Shown: piece after piece, positions 27,362 to 37,393 of the stretch
Layout of the letters: each line of letters starts with the position of its first letter
How positions within the stretch are numbered: the first letter of the stretch is position 1
From: Thermoproteota archaeon
GTDB lineage: Archaea > Korarchaeota > Korarchaeia > Korarchaeales > Korarchaeaceae
Length of the DNA stretch: 51,951 nt
Direction: 5' to 3'
NCBI GenBank assembly: GCA_015522685.1
Contig: WALU01000005.1
Span: 1 to 51,951, forward strand
Program-made: the position numbers and the translations under genes
Notes under the pieces: generated by a model
The model's database searches: none
Told to the model about the DNA's origin: nothing
Seen by the model: the letters and a program-made list of their open reading frames with translations, nothing else

Positions 27362-28018
27362 TCATTTCACCCCCAGCCATAGCATTATCAAAACTATTAC
27401 CACGCCCATACCAACTAAAAATAACCCATATAAGAGTTTATTCTCACCAGAGAGAGATCCTAGGAAGGCACCCATTAGGAAAAGTATGGAGAGAGTTTCT
27501 CCTAGCGATATTATATAGGACTCTATCATGTTGAGTATTCCTCTAGCTGAAAGGTAGAAAGGCATTATTAGAGATATTATTGCTAGGAAGGGTACTAGCC
27601 CGCTAGCTATTGCGACCATGATGGCCGATAGGTTTTCAGCTTTTCCGATAAGGGTTTTATCTAGATCCATAAAGACTGCCACTTCCAATTCCTTTATTCT
27701 CGAGGTCCTCTCTGCCCTCTCAGTTAAGTATGTACCCACTGTTCCTGAAATTAAGACTGCAATAGCCCCTCCTAGAATCGTGTTGATTATTATGCTTGGG
27801 TTATCTAAACCTGATATAAAACTTCCCATCAGGACACCTAATATCATGAGCAGGCTATCGAAGGAGTTAGTTACTACATACCTCCTTGCGACTTCTTCCA
27901 TCTCGCTAATCTTCGAAACCACTCTTATACTTTCTATGATATCATTAATCTTTCCCATTAAATATGAAATTAGGGAAGGTAGTTTCCTTTTTTCTCCTTC
28001 CTCTGAATCTTCTTTCAT
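27362..28018 (-). CDS. VIT1/CCC1-family transporter
   Basis: ARRY.V...FD..L..LG, SG..G.YLTERAER...I.ELE; start ATG 28018 or 27958; the ORF track's longer N-terminus is antisense to phi. Confidence 0.85.
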   Translation of the reverse strand: MKEDSEEGEKRKLPSLISYLMGKINDIIESIRVVSKISEMEEVARRYVVTNSFDSLLMILGVLMGSFISGLDNPSIIINTILGGAIAVLISGTVGTYLTERAERTSRIKELEVAVFMDLDKTLIGKAENLSAIMVAIASGLVPFLAIISLIMPFYLSARGILNMIESYIISLGETLSILFLMGAFLGSLSGENKLLYGLFLVGMGVVIVLIMLWLGVK

Positions 28019-28088
28019 TAGAACTCTATGTCTGATCGATAAGCAATCAAATAAAACTATGCGCGTTAGAGTTAATTTGTTAAATAAA

Positions 28089-28715
28089 GTGGGATCAGTA
28101 ATAAGGGGATGTTGCATCGCACCTATCAAGGAAAAGGTAGAGAAACTTTTGGGAGTTATAGGTGAGAATTTATCAGAAATAGATGAAGAATCAACGCATA
28201 AATTTATAAAATCTCTACTTAGAACCCTAGGTGAAGGAAAAATATTTGTAGTAGGGGCTGGTAGATCTGGTCTGGTCGCAAGAGCTTTTGCCATGAGATT
28301 AATGCATGTAGGCTTTCAAGTTTACGTTATAGGCGAGACGGTCACGCCTTCTGTTAATATGGGTGATTTGATAATTGTAGTAAGTGGATCTGGTGAGACA
28401 AAATTCCCTCTATCAGCTGCTCAGGTCGCTAAAGATACTGGAGCAAGCATTGTTGCGGTTACCAGCTACCCTGAATCCAGTCTCGGGAAGATTTCCGATC
28501 TCATAGTTAGGATAGGCGGTAGGGTATTGCCTAAGGATAATAGTAGAGACTATTTTACAAGGCAGATACTTGGTATACATGAGCCACTTACTCCCTTAGG
28601 AACGCTTTTTGAGCTTAGCGCCATGGTTTACTTTGATGCACTTATAGCGGAACTTGTAGAGCTCTTAGGGAAGAGTGAGGAGGATCTTGCAAGGAGACAT
28701 GCCTCCATCGGGTAA
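28089..28715 (+). CDS. hxlB: 6-phospho-3-hexuloisomerase (SIS)
   Basis: GAGRSGLV..AFAMRLMH.G, GET.TP, SGSGET, PLGTLFE, RH; start uncertain. Confidence 0.92.
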   Translation: MGSVIRGCCIAPIKEKVEKLLGVIGENLSEIDEESTHKFIKSLLRTLGEGKIFVVGAGRSGLVARAFAMRLMHVGFQVYVIGETVTPSVNMGDLIIVVSGSGETKFPLSAAQVAKDTGASIVAVTSYPESSLGKISDLIVRIGGRVLPKDNSRDYFTRQILGIHEPLTPLGTLFELSAMVYFDALIAELVELLGKSEEDLARRHASIG

Positions 28716-30108
28716 TTTGAATAGAGTATTAGAAGAGGCCCGTAAGTTAGTTAGCCTACCTGATGATGAGAGAGAGTCTTTGAAAAGAACTTTGGGAGCG
28801 TCTATAAGCAAGATAAGAGCAGTAGTAGATGGAATGGGATTAGATGCGGAGGTAACTCCAGTAGGATCTGCAGTTAGGGATACATGGCTACCAGGTAATT
28901 ATGAGCTGGATATCTTCGTCCTCTTTCCGAAGGAAGCTGGAGATAAGTATGCCTTAGGTGAATTAATAAAGGAGATAGCCAAAAGGACATTTAGAAACTT
29001 CAGGCAGAATTATGCAGAGCATCCCTATGTGATTGTGAAATATGAAGGCTTTGATATAGATCTAGTCCCAGCCTATAAGATCAGAAAGGGAGAAAGGGTA
29101 GTAAGCTCTGTGGATAGAACACCGTTCCATAGTTCATATGTTCTATCCAAACTTAAATCTCCAGAGGAAGTCCGCCTATTGAAAGCATTTCTCAAGTCTA
29201 TAAATGCGTATGGAGCCGAGGAGAGGATAGGAGGCTTCAGTGGATATCTATGTGAGCTTTTAGTTATATTTTATGGTAGCTTCCTTGATACGATAATCAA
29301 TGCATCTAAGTGGAGACCTCCTGTTTACATAGATCCTGAGATGCATCTATCTGAGGAATATGCCTTGTCGATATTTCAGGATCCCTTGATCGTAATAGAT
29401 CCAGTAGATCCGAGGAGAAATGTGGCTGCGGCTCTTACTCTCACTCAATTTAATAGATTTAGGGTAGCTGCAAGGGCTTTCCTCATAAATCCGAACTTAG
29501 AATTCTTCAAAAGGGGATTAAAGCATGAGAAAAAGAGAACGAAAGCTAGCGTCATCGAGAAGGAACTTAAGAGGAGAGGTAGCCACTTAATTGCTGTAGA
29601 GCTAAATGGTCTTAATGATTTGAGCAGAGAACTTCTGTGGTCTCAATCGAAAAAACTAGCCAAGATTTTTAAGGATGAATTATTTAGATATGGGTTTCAG
29701 CCTATTTGGGTAGCCGGATGGACCGATGGAAGTTCTATTATAGTAGTAGCTGGCGAAGTACCTCATCTCAAACTTTCTTCTCTAGAGAAGAAGATAGGTC
29801 CTCCTGTTGGAATAAAGGATGAGGAAAAATTCTTGAGGAAATATGTACTGGGAGAAGATACCTTCGGTGGTCCATTCATTGAGGATGATAGATGGTATGT
29901 TTATAGTAGGAGGGGATATACTGAGGTTAGCATGTTACTAAGCGATTTCTTAAGGGGCAATAAGATGCCATCGCTTCTTAGGGGAAGAGCTAATGTAAGG
30001 ATATTATCCGAGAAGGAGATAGAATCGTTGAGCCAATGGGCATTGAATGAGATATGGGAGGAGCTATTTAAAGAAGAATTTTTCGTTAAATATCTGGTGA
30101 AGAGATAG
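28699..30108 (+). CDS. cca: Archaeal class I CCA-adding enzyme
   Basis: VGS..RDTWL....LDIF, YAEHPYV, DRTPFH, YGAE...GGFSGYLCELL, DPVDP.RNVAAA. Confidence 0.95.
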   Translation: MPPSGNLNRVLEEARKLVSLPDDERESLKRTLGASISKIRAVVDGMGLDAEVTPVGSAVRDTWLPGNYELDIFVLFPKEAGDKYALGELIKEIAKRTFRNFRQNYAEHPYVIVKYEGFDIDLVPAYKIRKGERVVSSVDRTPFHSSYVLSKLKSPEEVRLLKAFLKSINAYGAEERIGGFSGYLCELLVIFYGSFLDTIINASKWRPPVYIDPEMHLSEEYALSIFQDPLIVIDPVDPRRNVAAALTLTQFNRFRVAARAFLINPNLEFFKRGLKHEKKRTKASVIEKELKRRGSHLIAVELNGLNDLSRELLWSQSKKLAKIFKDELFRYGFQPIWVAGWTDGSSIIVVAGEVPHLKLSSLEKKIGPPVGIKDEEKFLRKYVLGEDTFGGPFIEDDRWYVYSRRGYTEVSMLLSDFLRGNKMPSLLRGRANVRILSEKEIESLSQWALNEIWEELFKEEFFVKYLVKR

Positions 30109-31359
30109 AAATCGAGCAGAGGACCCTAATTCCTCTTCTATCTCAAGCAACCTATTATACTTGGCTACTCTCTCCCCTCTGGCTGGAGCTCCTGCTTTTA
30201 TTTGACCAGTATTCAGGCTCACCGATAAATCTGCTATGAAGGAATCGGTCGTTTCACCTGATCTATGACTTACCATAACTGAGTATCCATTTCTCTTAGC
30301 CAATTTAGCGGCCTCTATGGCCTCAGTGAGCGTTCCTATTTGATTTATTTTCAATAGAATCGCATTAGCTGCTTTCATCTCGATACCCTTCTTCAGCAAC
30401 TTGGGATTAGAGGCAAAGAAGTCATCTCCAACTATTTGTATCCTGCTGCCAAGTACTCTGGTGAACTCAGAAAGCGATTCCCAATCATTCTCCTGAAATG
30501 GGTCCTCAATGCTTACTATTGGGTACTTTGAGATCAGTTCTCCATAGAAGTCTATAAGCTCCTTCGGAGATATTTCCATTCCATCTATTGCATACTTATC
30601 CTCCTCACTTATGTAAAACTCATTAGCAGCGCAATCTATTGATAAGAAGGCCTCTCCTTCATATCCTGCCAATTCTATTGCCTTTAAAAGCAATTCTAGA
30701 GAATCTTCCGTCCTGCTAAGCGGGGGAGCAAATCCTCCTTCATCTCCCACATTAACAGAAGATTTTCCATATTTTGATATCAGGATATCTCTAAGATCCA
30801 TATATATCTGGACACCGGCCAAAAGAGCTTCTTTGAATGAGCTGAAGTTTGAAGGAACTACCAAGAATTCTTGTATACTAAGCTTATCTCCTGCATGCAT
30901 TCCACCATTTATTATATTCATAAATGGAATCGGGAGTAGATTTGAGTCAATTCCTCCTAGGTACTTATAGAGAGGGATATTTAGCTGATTAGATGATGCC
31001 TTTGCGACGGATATAGATGCGCCTAGGATGGCATTTGCACCCAATCTACTTTTATTTGGAGTTCCGTCTAACTTTAATAAGGTATTATCTATAAGGGATT
31101 GGTTCAGGGCCTCTTTACCAATGAGAGCCGGCCTTATTATAGTGTTGACATTTCTTATTGCCTTAAGTACCCCCTTTCCGTGGAGAAACTTTCCTCCATC
31201 TCTAAGTTCGACGGCTTCCTTCTCACTCTTCGAGATACCTGATGGAATGGAAAATGTACCTTTTCCTCCTCCTTCTAAGATAGTAGTTACTTCTACAGTC
31301 GGACTTCCACGAGAGTCAAGGATCTGCCTAGCCCTAATATCATTTATTCTGAAGGACAT
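30064..31359 (-). CDS. eno: Enolase
   Basis: ILDSRG.PTVEV, GDEGGFAP, EDPF, LLKINQIG, SHRSGET, KYN. Confidence 0.96.
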   Translation of the reverse strand: MSFRINDIRARQILDSRGSPTVEVTTILEGGGKGTFSIPSGISKSEKEAVELRDGGKFLHGKGVLKAIRNVNTIIRPALIGKEALNQSLIDNTLLKLDGTPNKSRLGANAILGASISVAKASSNQLNIPLYKYLGGIDSNLLPIPFMNIINGGMHAGDKLSIQEFLVVPSNFSSFKEALLAGVQIYMDLRDILISKYGKSSVNVGDEGGFAPPLSRTEDSLELLLKAIELAGYEGEAFLSIDCAANEFYISEEDKYAIDGMEISPKELIDFYGELISKYPIVSIEDPFQENDWESLSEFTRVLGSRIQIVGDDFFASNPKLLKKGIEMKAANAILLKINQIGTLTEAIEAAKLAKRNGYSVMVSHRSGETTDSFIADLSVSLNTGQIKAGAPARGERVAKYNRLLEIEEELGSSARFLSLHQIFNEKFFFK

Positions 31360-31418
31360 AGTATCTTGTTGAAGTATCCTTTTCTTTAATAATGATCTTT
31401 TCCTAATGGGTGATAATC

Positions 31419-32465
31419 TTGCAGGAGCCTGAAGTAGGAATCGTGAAAGATATTCTTGAGAAGCTCACTAGAGTTCCTAGAGTGACAGGAATCGAGCATA
31501 AGGTGTCTCCGATCTTAAGAGGGATCATGGAGTCCTATAGTGATGCATTCAAGGTCGATGCATGGGGTAACTCTGAGTCGATAGTTAATCCTGGGGGAAA
31601 ACCTGTAGTGATGCTGGCTGCCCATATCGATCAAATAGGCATTATAGTAAGAGAGATAACCAAAGATGGCTTTGTTAAATTTCAAGCAGTTGGATGGGAC
31701 CCAAAGGTCTTATATGGAATGAGAGTTAAGCTTCTAGCAGAAAAGCCCGTGAGGGGAATAATTAGCGTTCTTCCCCCTCATATATTCCACACATATAAGG
31801 AGCTAGCTGAGAAGAAGTTTGAAGTCAGGGATTTAGCGATTGATATAGGGGTGGAGAGTAAGGAAGAGGCTGAAAAGCTCGGAGTAAAGCCTGGGATATA
31901 TGGCATACCTGATTATGAGCCTATATCCTTGAACGATAGTTACTTTACTTCGCCAGGTCTTGACGATGCTGCTGGAGTTACCACGGTACTATACGCTATG
32001 AGAAAAGTATGGGAATTGAGAAACAAAATAGAAGCTGAGGTTCACTTCATTGCTACTATACAGGAAGAGATAGGACTAAGAGGAGCTGAGATGACAGCAT
32101 ATAGAATAAAACCTGAGATGGCTGTAGCTGTAGATGTTACTTTTGCTAAGCAGCCTCTTATGCCTAGTGAATTCACATTGAAGACCGGTAAGGGACCAGC
32201 CATCAACAAGGGCCCAATATACCACTGGGAGGTTGTAGAACTCCTAGAAAGAGCTGCTAAAGAAGGAGATATTCCTTATCAGATAGAGCCAGACTTCAAA
32301 GGTTACGGAACAGATACTTGGGCAATTCAAGTTGCTAGAGGAGGAGTTAAAACCGGATTACTTGGCCTACCCTTAAGAAATATGCATAGTCCTGTCGAGG
32401 TTATAAATCTGAAAGACGTTGCATGGGGAGGAAGCCTACTTGCCAAGTTCATTGAGGTGCTCTAA
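31419..32465 (+). CDS. M42 family (TET) aminopeptidase
   Basis: AAHIDQIG, LDD..G, QEEIGLRGA, DVT, GTD, R.MHSP.E. Confidence 0.92.
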   Translation: MQEPEVGIVKDILEKLTRVPRVTGIEHKVSPILRGIMESYSDAFKVDAWGNSESIVNPGGKPVVMLAAHIDQIGIIVREITKDGFVKFQAVGWDPKVLYGMRVKLLAEKPVRGIISVLPPHIFHTYKELAEKKFEVRDLAIDIGVESKEEAEKLGVKPGIYGIPDYEPISLNDSYFTSPGLDDAAGVTTVLYAMRKVWELRNKIEAEVHFIATIQEEIGLRGAEMTAYRIKPEMAVAVDVTFAKQPLMPSEFTLKTGKGPAINKGPIYHWEVVELLERAAKEGDIPYQIEPDFKGYGTDTWAIQVARGGVKTGLLGLPLRNMHSPVEVINLKDVAWGGSLLAKFIEVL

Positions 32466-32475
32466 CCTAATTAGT

Positions 32476-34140
32476 CTAGCACTCATTTTTCAATCTTGGG
32501 AGAGGCATTTCAAACATAGCTACAGGTACTGAGATTCCGAGCCTAATTAGGACATCTGGGTCTACCTCGCCTATGATGCCCTTCAAAGAACCGCTTATAG
32601 TTGCTAGAGCGCATCTTCCACTCAAGAAAGGTTCTTCTTCGTAAGGTCCTACATTCATCTGAACTCCGAGATTATTAAGTAATGCCTTTAAATGAGAGTA
32701 TATATCCTCAAAGCCAACTGAATAATCAGCGAAAGCTGCTGCAATTCTCCTTTCATCTCTTGCCCGAGTTTCGTAGCCCTTATCTACTATTATAACATCG
32801 CCTATCTCAAAGATCTTTTGAGGGTATTTAGCATGAGTATTGGCAGCTAGAAAATGAAGAAGCCCGGGTATCAGGCTATCCCTTAGAACGCTATAATTTT
32901 CAGAGATTGGATTAGCTATCTGAACTACTGGCCTTTCTTTACGCCCTACGAATGAGAAGATTGCTTGCTTGCTTGTCATTACGTAGTTCAGTATCTCTTG
33001 GTATCCCATCCCGATCATCAATGTTCGCATTATTGCAGAGACTTTCTCCCTAGGATGCTTCTTACCTATGGTCATTATGTTAGGGAGTTCATATCCTAAG
33101 TTGTTTAAGCCATAGGTAGTAGCTACCTCTTCAGCGATATCAACCGGATGAAGGAAATCCGCTCTATACCCTGGAATACTCACCTCTACCCTGCTATTGA
33201 TTATCTCTGCATTAAGCCTTGCCTTATTAAGTAGATGAGTTATATCATCATCTCTAAGTGAAATTCCAACCATCATCCCAATGAACTCCGATGATGTAGC
33301 CATTTTATATGGCTTAGGCTTTGGAGTCTCTATCTCCCTACCAGGGTATTTTACTTCTAATGTATTTATCTCCCCACCTCTTTCGGCAAGAGCGGCTGCT
33401 ATTATCTCTAGTGCATAGGATATAGCTTTTAGATCAGTTCCTGTGACATCTATGAATATATCTTTCCTTCCCGGTGTTAATCTAGTTAACTCTGAATTGA
33501 TTATTGGCGGAAGGCTGAGGACCTTATCTCGAGAGTCCAGTATGAGAGGAACTAGGTTGTCTGGATTCTCTATGATATGAGCGTATTCCCTCCCTTTATC
33601 CGTCTGTTTTAGGATCTCCTTAGCTGTCATTTCTATATACTCCCCAAGAGGTGTAAAGATTACTTCATTATCGGGTCTAGCATCGTATATTATAGGCGGA
33701 ACTATCTTGGAGAAATCATGGAGCCCTATAGCTACCCTTCTTCTCTTTCTTCCTAAAGTGTCGTGTATCTTCTCTTGAGCCTCTATTAAGCCGATTAGGG
33801 ATTCTTCAGTAGATAAGTCGGCTCCTTTAATCAGAGCCGCAACTACATAAGGCCTAACTTTCTTAACTCTCTCAGTAACTCTAACCTCGAAGGCTTTTCT
33901 CCGTAAGGGGTACCTGGGAAGACCCAGCTCTATCTCCATTAGCCCTTTTATCATTCTAATGATGCCTTCTATGGTGACTAGATCCATTCTATCAGAAGTA
34001 ACCTCAAACTCGATTTCCCTCTCGCCAAAAGATTCTAAATTCACTTTAGAATAATCTAGGATCGATATTAGTTCCTCTTGAGATAGATCTATACCAAGGA
34101 GCTTGCTAAATTCTTTCCTATTTGCACTTATTATGGGCAT
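32476..34140 (-). CDS. pheT: Phenylalanyl-tRNA synthetase beta subunit
   Basis: MP.I start, QEKIH..LGRKR...AIGLHD, SLPPIINS, YRADFLHPVDIAEEVA. Confidence 0.96.
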   Translation of the reverse strand: MPIISANRKEFSKLLGIDLSQEELISILDYSKVNLESFGEREIEFEVTSDRMDLVTIEGIIRMIKGLMEIELGLPRYPLRRKAFEVRVTERVKKVRPYVVAALIKGADLSTEESLIGLIEAQEKIHDTLGRKRRRVAIGLHDFSKIVPPIIYDARPDNEVIFTPLGEYIEMTAKEILKQTDKGREYAHIIENPDNLVPLILDSRDKVLSLPPIINSELTRLTPGRKDIFIDVTGTDLKAISYALEIIAAALAERGGEINTLEVKYPGREIETPKPKPYKMATSSEFIGMMVGISLRDDDITHLLNKARLNAEIINSRVEVSIPGYRADFLHPVDIAEEVATTYGLNNLGYELPNIMTIGKKHPREKVSAIMRTLMIGMGYQEILNYVMTSKQAIFSFVGRKERPVVQIANPISENYSVLRDSLIPGLLHFLAANTHAKYPQKIFEIGDVIIVDKGYETRARDERRIAAAFADYSVGFEDIYSHLKALLNNLGVQMNVGPYEEEPFLSGRCALATISGSLKGIIGEVDPDVLIRLGISVPVAMFEMPLPRLKNEC

Positions 34141-34153
34141 AGGTCTCACCATA

Positions 34154-35644
34154 TTATACTAAGAGAGCCTTTCTGAGATATTCGAGATTTTGAGAATGAA
34201 GTTCTCTTATATCATCCAATCCAAGCCTTATCATGGCTAACCTCCCAATTCCTATCCCCCAAGCAAGAGCTTGAACTCTAGGATAATCATATCCCATAGA
34301 AATGAGCATTTCTGGCCTGAAAAGGCCAGAACCGGCTATTTCTATCCATCCCATTTTTTTGTGCCTCACATAAGCCTCGACACTAGGCTCCGTAAAGGGA
34401 AAGTAAGCTGGCTTGAACCTAACCTCCCTAAATCCTAGTTGCTTAGCGAATTCTGCTAGAAATCCCATAAGATGCCTTACATTCATATTTTTGGATAAGA
34501 CTACGCCCTCACATTGATGAAACTCTATAGCATGAGTTTTATCTAGCGTTTCTGGTCTAAATACCTTATCTATAGCAAAGATCTTACTTGGAATCTTTAA
34601 TCCTCTAGCTAAAGCTCTAGCAGATGCAGCAGTTGTTTGAGATCTTAGAATCAGTCTTCTGGCTATGTCAAAGCTCCACTTATATCCCCACCCTTTTGAG
34701 CCAGTCTTCCAACCATTCTCGTGAGTTAGCTTTACCTTCTTAATGAAATCTGAGTAACGGGAGAGATCTGCCTTAGTGGATGGAAAGGCTACTTGATAGG
34801 AATCATGCACTTCTCTCGCCGGATGATCCTGTGCCTGAAATAGAGCATCAAAATTCCAGAATTCAGCTTCAACTATGGGACTCTTAATCTCGACGAATCC
34901 CATACCTATCAGGATCTCTCTGACCTCCTCTAGAAAATAGACATAGGGGTGAGGTTTTCCTGGATATGTAACAGGAGGCTCAATTTTAACATTATAGGCC
35001 TTAAGCTTCTTTCTCTTCCAATCTCCCGTGAGAATTAGATCTCTTGTTAGCCTACCGATTTCTTCAACAATCTTTATTTCACCTCTAGCAGCGGCCAATC
35101 CCTTATCCGTTAATGCTAATTCCACTTCAGCCTCTTCAGATATTTCAATTAGTCTCCTTCTTCTCATATTTGAAGCCATATTAGGATCTATCTCATCTAA
35201 GGGTACCTTTTCTTTTGCTATTTTATTGAGTATTTTCCTCTCTGGTACTCTATCACTCATCATAATAACGATTGTACCTTCCTCTGATTTCCTCAGTTTA
35301 ATTAGCCCCTTCCTCCTTCCTTCTCCTATAGCAACATCCAGTTCATCTGGGTCCATTTTCCCCTTAAGTATACCTAAAGAGAGTCTCCCTTGTCTTCCCT
35401 TTAAGAGAAGCAGCAATTTTTCCTCCGGAAGCCCCTCCTTTAAGTGACGCCAGCCTCTTTCTGATAGGATGATATATCTCTTCCTCTCCTCCTCAATTTC
35501 AACTAATCCTTTTTCTTTAAGAAGGATGGACCATGCTGAGACTTTGCTTTTATCTAGTCCTAAATCCTCCAAGCGAGCTTTTCCTCCTATAGCGTAAAGC
35601 CTCTTTAGAAGCTCTATCTCTCCCCTAGAGAGGTGAACTTCCAT
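34154..35644 (-). CDS. pheS: Phenylalanyl-tRNA synthetase alpha subunit
   Basis: FWNFDALFQ.QDHPARE.HD, FR.E..D.TH..EFHQ.EG, YFPFTEPSVE. Confidence 0.96.
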   Translation of the reverse strand: MEVHLSRGEIELLKRLYAIGGKARLEDLGLDKSKVSAWSILLKEKGLVEIEEERKRYIILSERGWRHLKEGLPEEKLLLLLKGRQGRLSLGILKGKMDPDELDVAIGEGRRKGLIKLRKSEEGTIVIMMSDRVPERKILNKIAKEKVPLDEIDPNMASNMRRRRLIEISEEAEVELALTDKGLAAARGEIKIVEEIGRLTRDLILTGDWKRKKLKAYNVKIEPPVTYPGKPHPYVYFLEEVREILIGMGFVEIKSPIVEAEFWNFDALFQAQDHPAREVHDSYQVAFPSTKADLSRYSDFIKKVKLTHENGWKTGSKGWGYKWSFDIARRLILRSQTTAASARALARGLKIPSKIFAIDKVFRPETLDKTHAIEFHQCEGVVLSKNMNVRHLMGFLAEFAKQLGFREVRFKPAYFPFTEPSVEAYVRHKKMGWIEIAGSGLFRPEMLISMGYDYPRVQALAWGIGIGRLAMIRLGLDDIRELHSQNLEYLRKALLV

Positions 35645-36071
35645 TATTTATCCCTCACCTAATTACAAGTTACAATCATAAGCATGCCTGATAGCTTCTA
35701 TTGTATAACCAGTTAGTCAGCTACGAACTTGTATAATATATGTTATTCTTATCTTTAATTATCTTCATCCTCAAAATAGTGCCTAGCTTAATAAGAGGCA
35801 TCTAATGCTGTTAATACCATTCTCCTAGCTAAGGTCATAATTTCACCTTTCTTAAAGTCAGAAGCTACCAACCTTAGCCATCATCTCTTCCTTCTTCCTA
35901 CTAGGATTATCGATGAGTCTAACTAACTTTTCTTATGCCAAAATCCTCAGACTGCCTCGTTCATAATAAGAGACAGCATCTGTGGAGCAGAGTATACATG
36001 AAAGGACGCATGTAGAGATAAGCCCCACTTGAATTAGGCTAATATTATATCCTATCAATTAAGCTGAAAAT

Positions 36072-36091
36072 TACTGGCTTATAAGCCAGTA
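36072..36091. promoter_or_regulatory. Perfect 20-bp palindrome, candidate operator
   Basis: TACTGGCTTA|TAAGCCAGTA about 85 bp upstream of the metallophosphoesterase gene. Confidence 0.45.
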
Positions 36092-36176
36092 TGCAGAGCT
36101 TCTTTCTATTCTAATAAGATTTCATGATATATAAGCCTCCTTGAACTTCTTATATTACTAGTTCATCATCTATGCG

Positions 36177-36815
36177 ATGAGGTTGCTGGCTGCCTCGGAT
36201 ATACATGGAGAAATAGGAATGTTAAAATCTATGTTAGGAAGAGAAGATACCGATATCTTAGTACTAGCAGGAGATCTCTCTAACAACTCCATGGGTGAGG
36301 TGAGGGGGATACTACAAGTTGCAGGCAGGTATGGGGTGCGGGTGATGTTCATACCAGGTAACATGGACCCTCCAGACTTGCTAAATGTAGAATCTTTGGA
36401 AGGAGCTATCAACCTCCACGGCAGAGTTAGGAATGTCCTTGGATTGAATTTAGGAGGGCTTGGTGGAGGAAGCATATCTCAATTTAATACTCCTATAGAA
36501 TTCAACGAAAGAATCATTTGGAATAAATTAGATAATTTAGCCAATATTGATGTGCTAGTGAGTCATGTTCCTCCATATGGAACTAAGTTAGACGTTGTGA
36601 GGACAAGGATGCATGCAGGTTCCAAATCCCTCCTAAAGTTCCTAAAGGAGAAGCAGCCCATTCTATGTGTATGTGGGCATATACATGAATCATATGGAGT
36701 AGATTTCATTGGAAGAACTGTTTCAATCAATCCTGGCCCCCTAATGTGGGGCAGATATTCTGTTATAGAGCTACATGATGGAAACATAAAGCCCATGCTC
36801 AAGAAGCTTAGCTGA
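36177..36815 (+). CDS. Calcineurin-like metallophosphoesterase
   Basis: SDIHG, AGD, PGNMD, SH.PP, CGHIHE, NPG. Confidence 0.92.
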   Translation: MRLLAASDIHGEIGMLKSMLGREDTDILVLAGDLSNNSMGEVRGILQVAGRYGVRVMFIPGNMDPPDLLNVESLEGAINLHGRVRNVLGLNLGGLGGGSISQFNTPIEFNERIIWNKLDNLANIDVLVSHVPPYGTKLDVVRTRMHAGSKSLLKFLKEKQPILCVCGHIHESYGVDFIGRTVSINPGPLMWGRYSVIELHDGNIKPMLKKLS

Positions 36816-36852
36816 TGTTTTTATTTTGCATTCCCATATCTCCAAGATAAGG

Positions 36853-37389
36853 ATGAATGTGAGGAAGCTTACCCTCTCAGCGATGGGAGGAGCCCTTTAT
36901 GCGATAGTTGGATATATAAGCTGGCTAGGTCTCAATTTCTATGGTGTAAGATTCTGGCCTGCAGTAGTAGTACCTGCAGTTTTCGCATGCCTTTATGGCG
37001 GATGGGTCGGTGGACTATCTGCAGCCATAGGCATATTCATCTCCGATATGGTTACCCATGGAAATGCGCTTCTCAGCCTCACAGTTGGGGTTCCCTCCAA
37101 CTTCCTCGGTTTCTATGTCATAGGAGTTTTAAGCGGCGAAGATAGATATTCAGTCAAGAAGTATATCCTCGCCTCCACATTAGGCCTGATAATCGGGCAT
37201 CTAATAATAGGTTTCGGGCTTCTAGCATGGAGTCAAGTATTTCCTCTTCCATTTCAAAAGGAGATAACTCCCTTATCATTATCAGCTGCCCTTACAATAT
37301 CATTTGTAACTTTCGCTTGGGAGCTACCTTTTGCTCTGGTATTAGTCCCTCCAATAGTCTCTGCAGTTAGAAGATCATCAAGAGGGTGA
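36853..37389 (+). CDS. ECF transporter S component (pantothenate/pantetheine predicted from context)
   Basis: About 5-6 TM segments, RFWPAVVVP..FA.LYG.WVG..AAIG..ISD pattern. Confidence 0.8.
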   Translation: MNVRKLTLSAMGGALYAIVGYISWLGLNFYGVRFWPAVVVPAVFACLYGGWVGGLSAAIGIFISDMVTHGNALLSLTVGVPSNFLGFYVIGVLSGEDRYSVKKYILASTLGLIIGHLIIGFGLLAWSQVFPLPFQKEITPLSLSAALTISFVTFAWELPFALVLVPPIVSAVRRSSRG

Positions 37390-37393
37390 GCTC

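Noticed and set aside
27362-28715. Apparent ~680-bp head-to-head overlap or N-terminal fusions of VIT1 and hxlB
   Set aside because: Each extension is the antisense reading of the other gene; recognisable domains do not overlap
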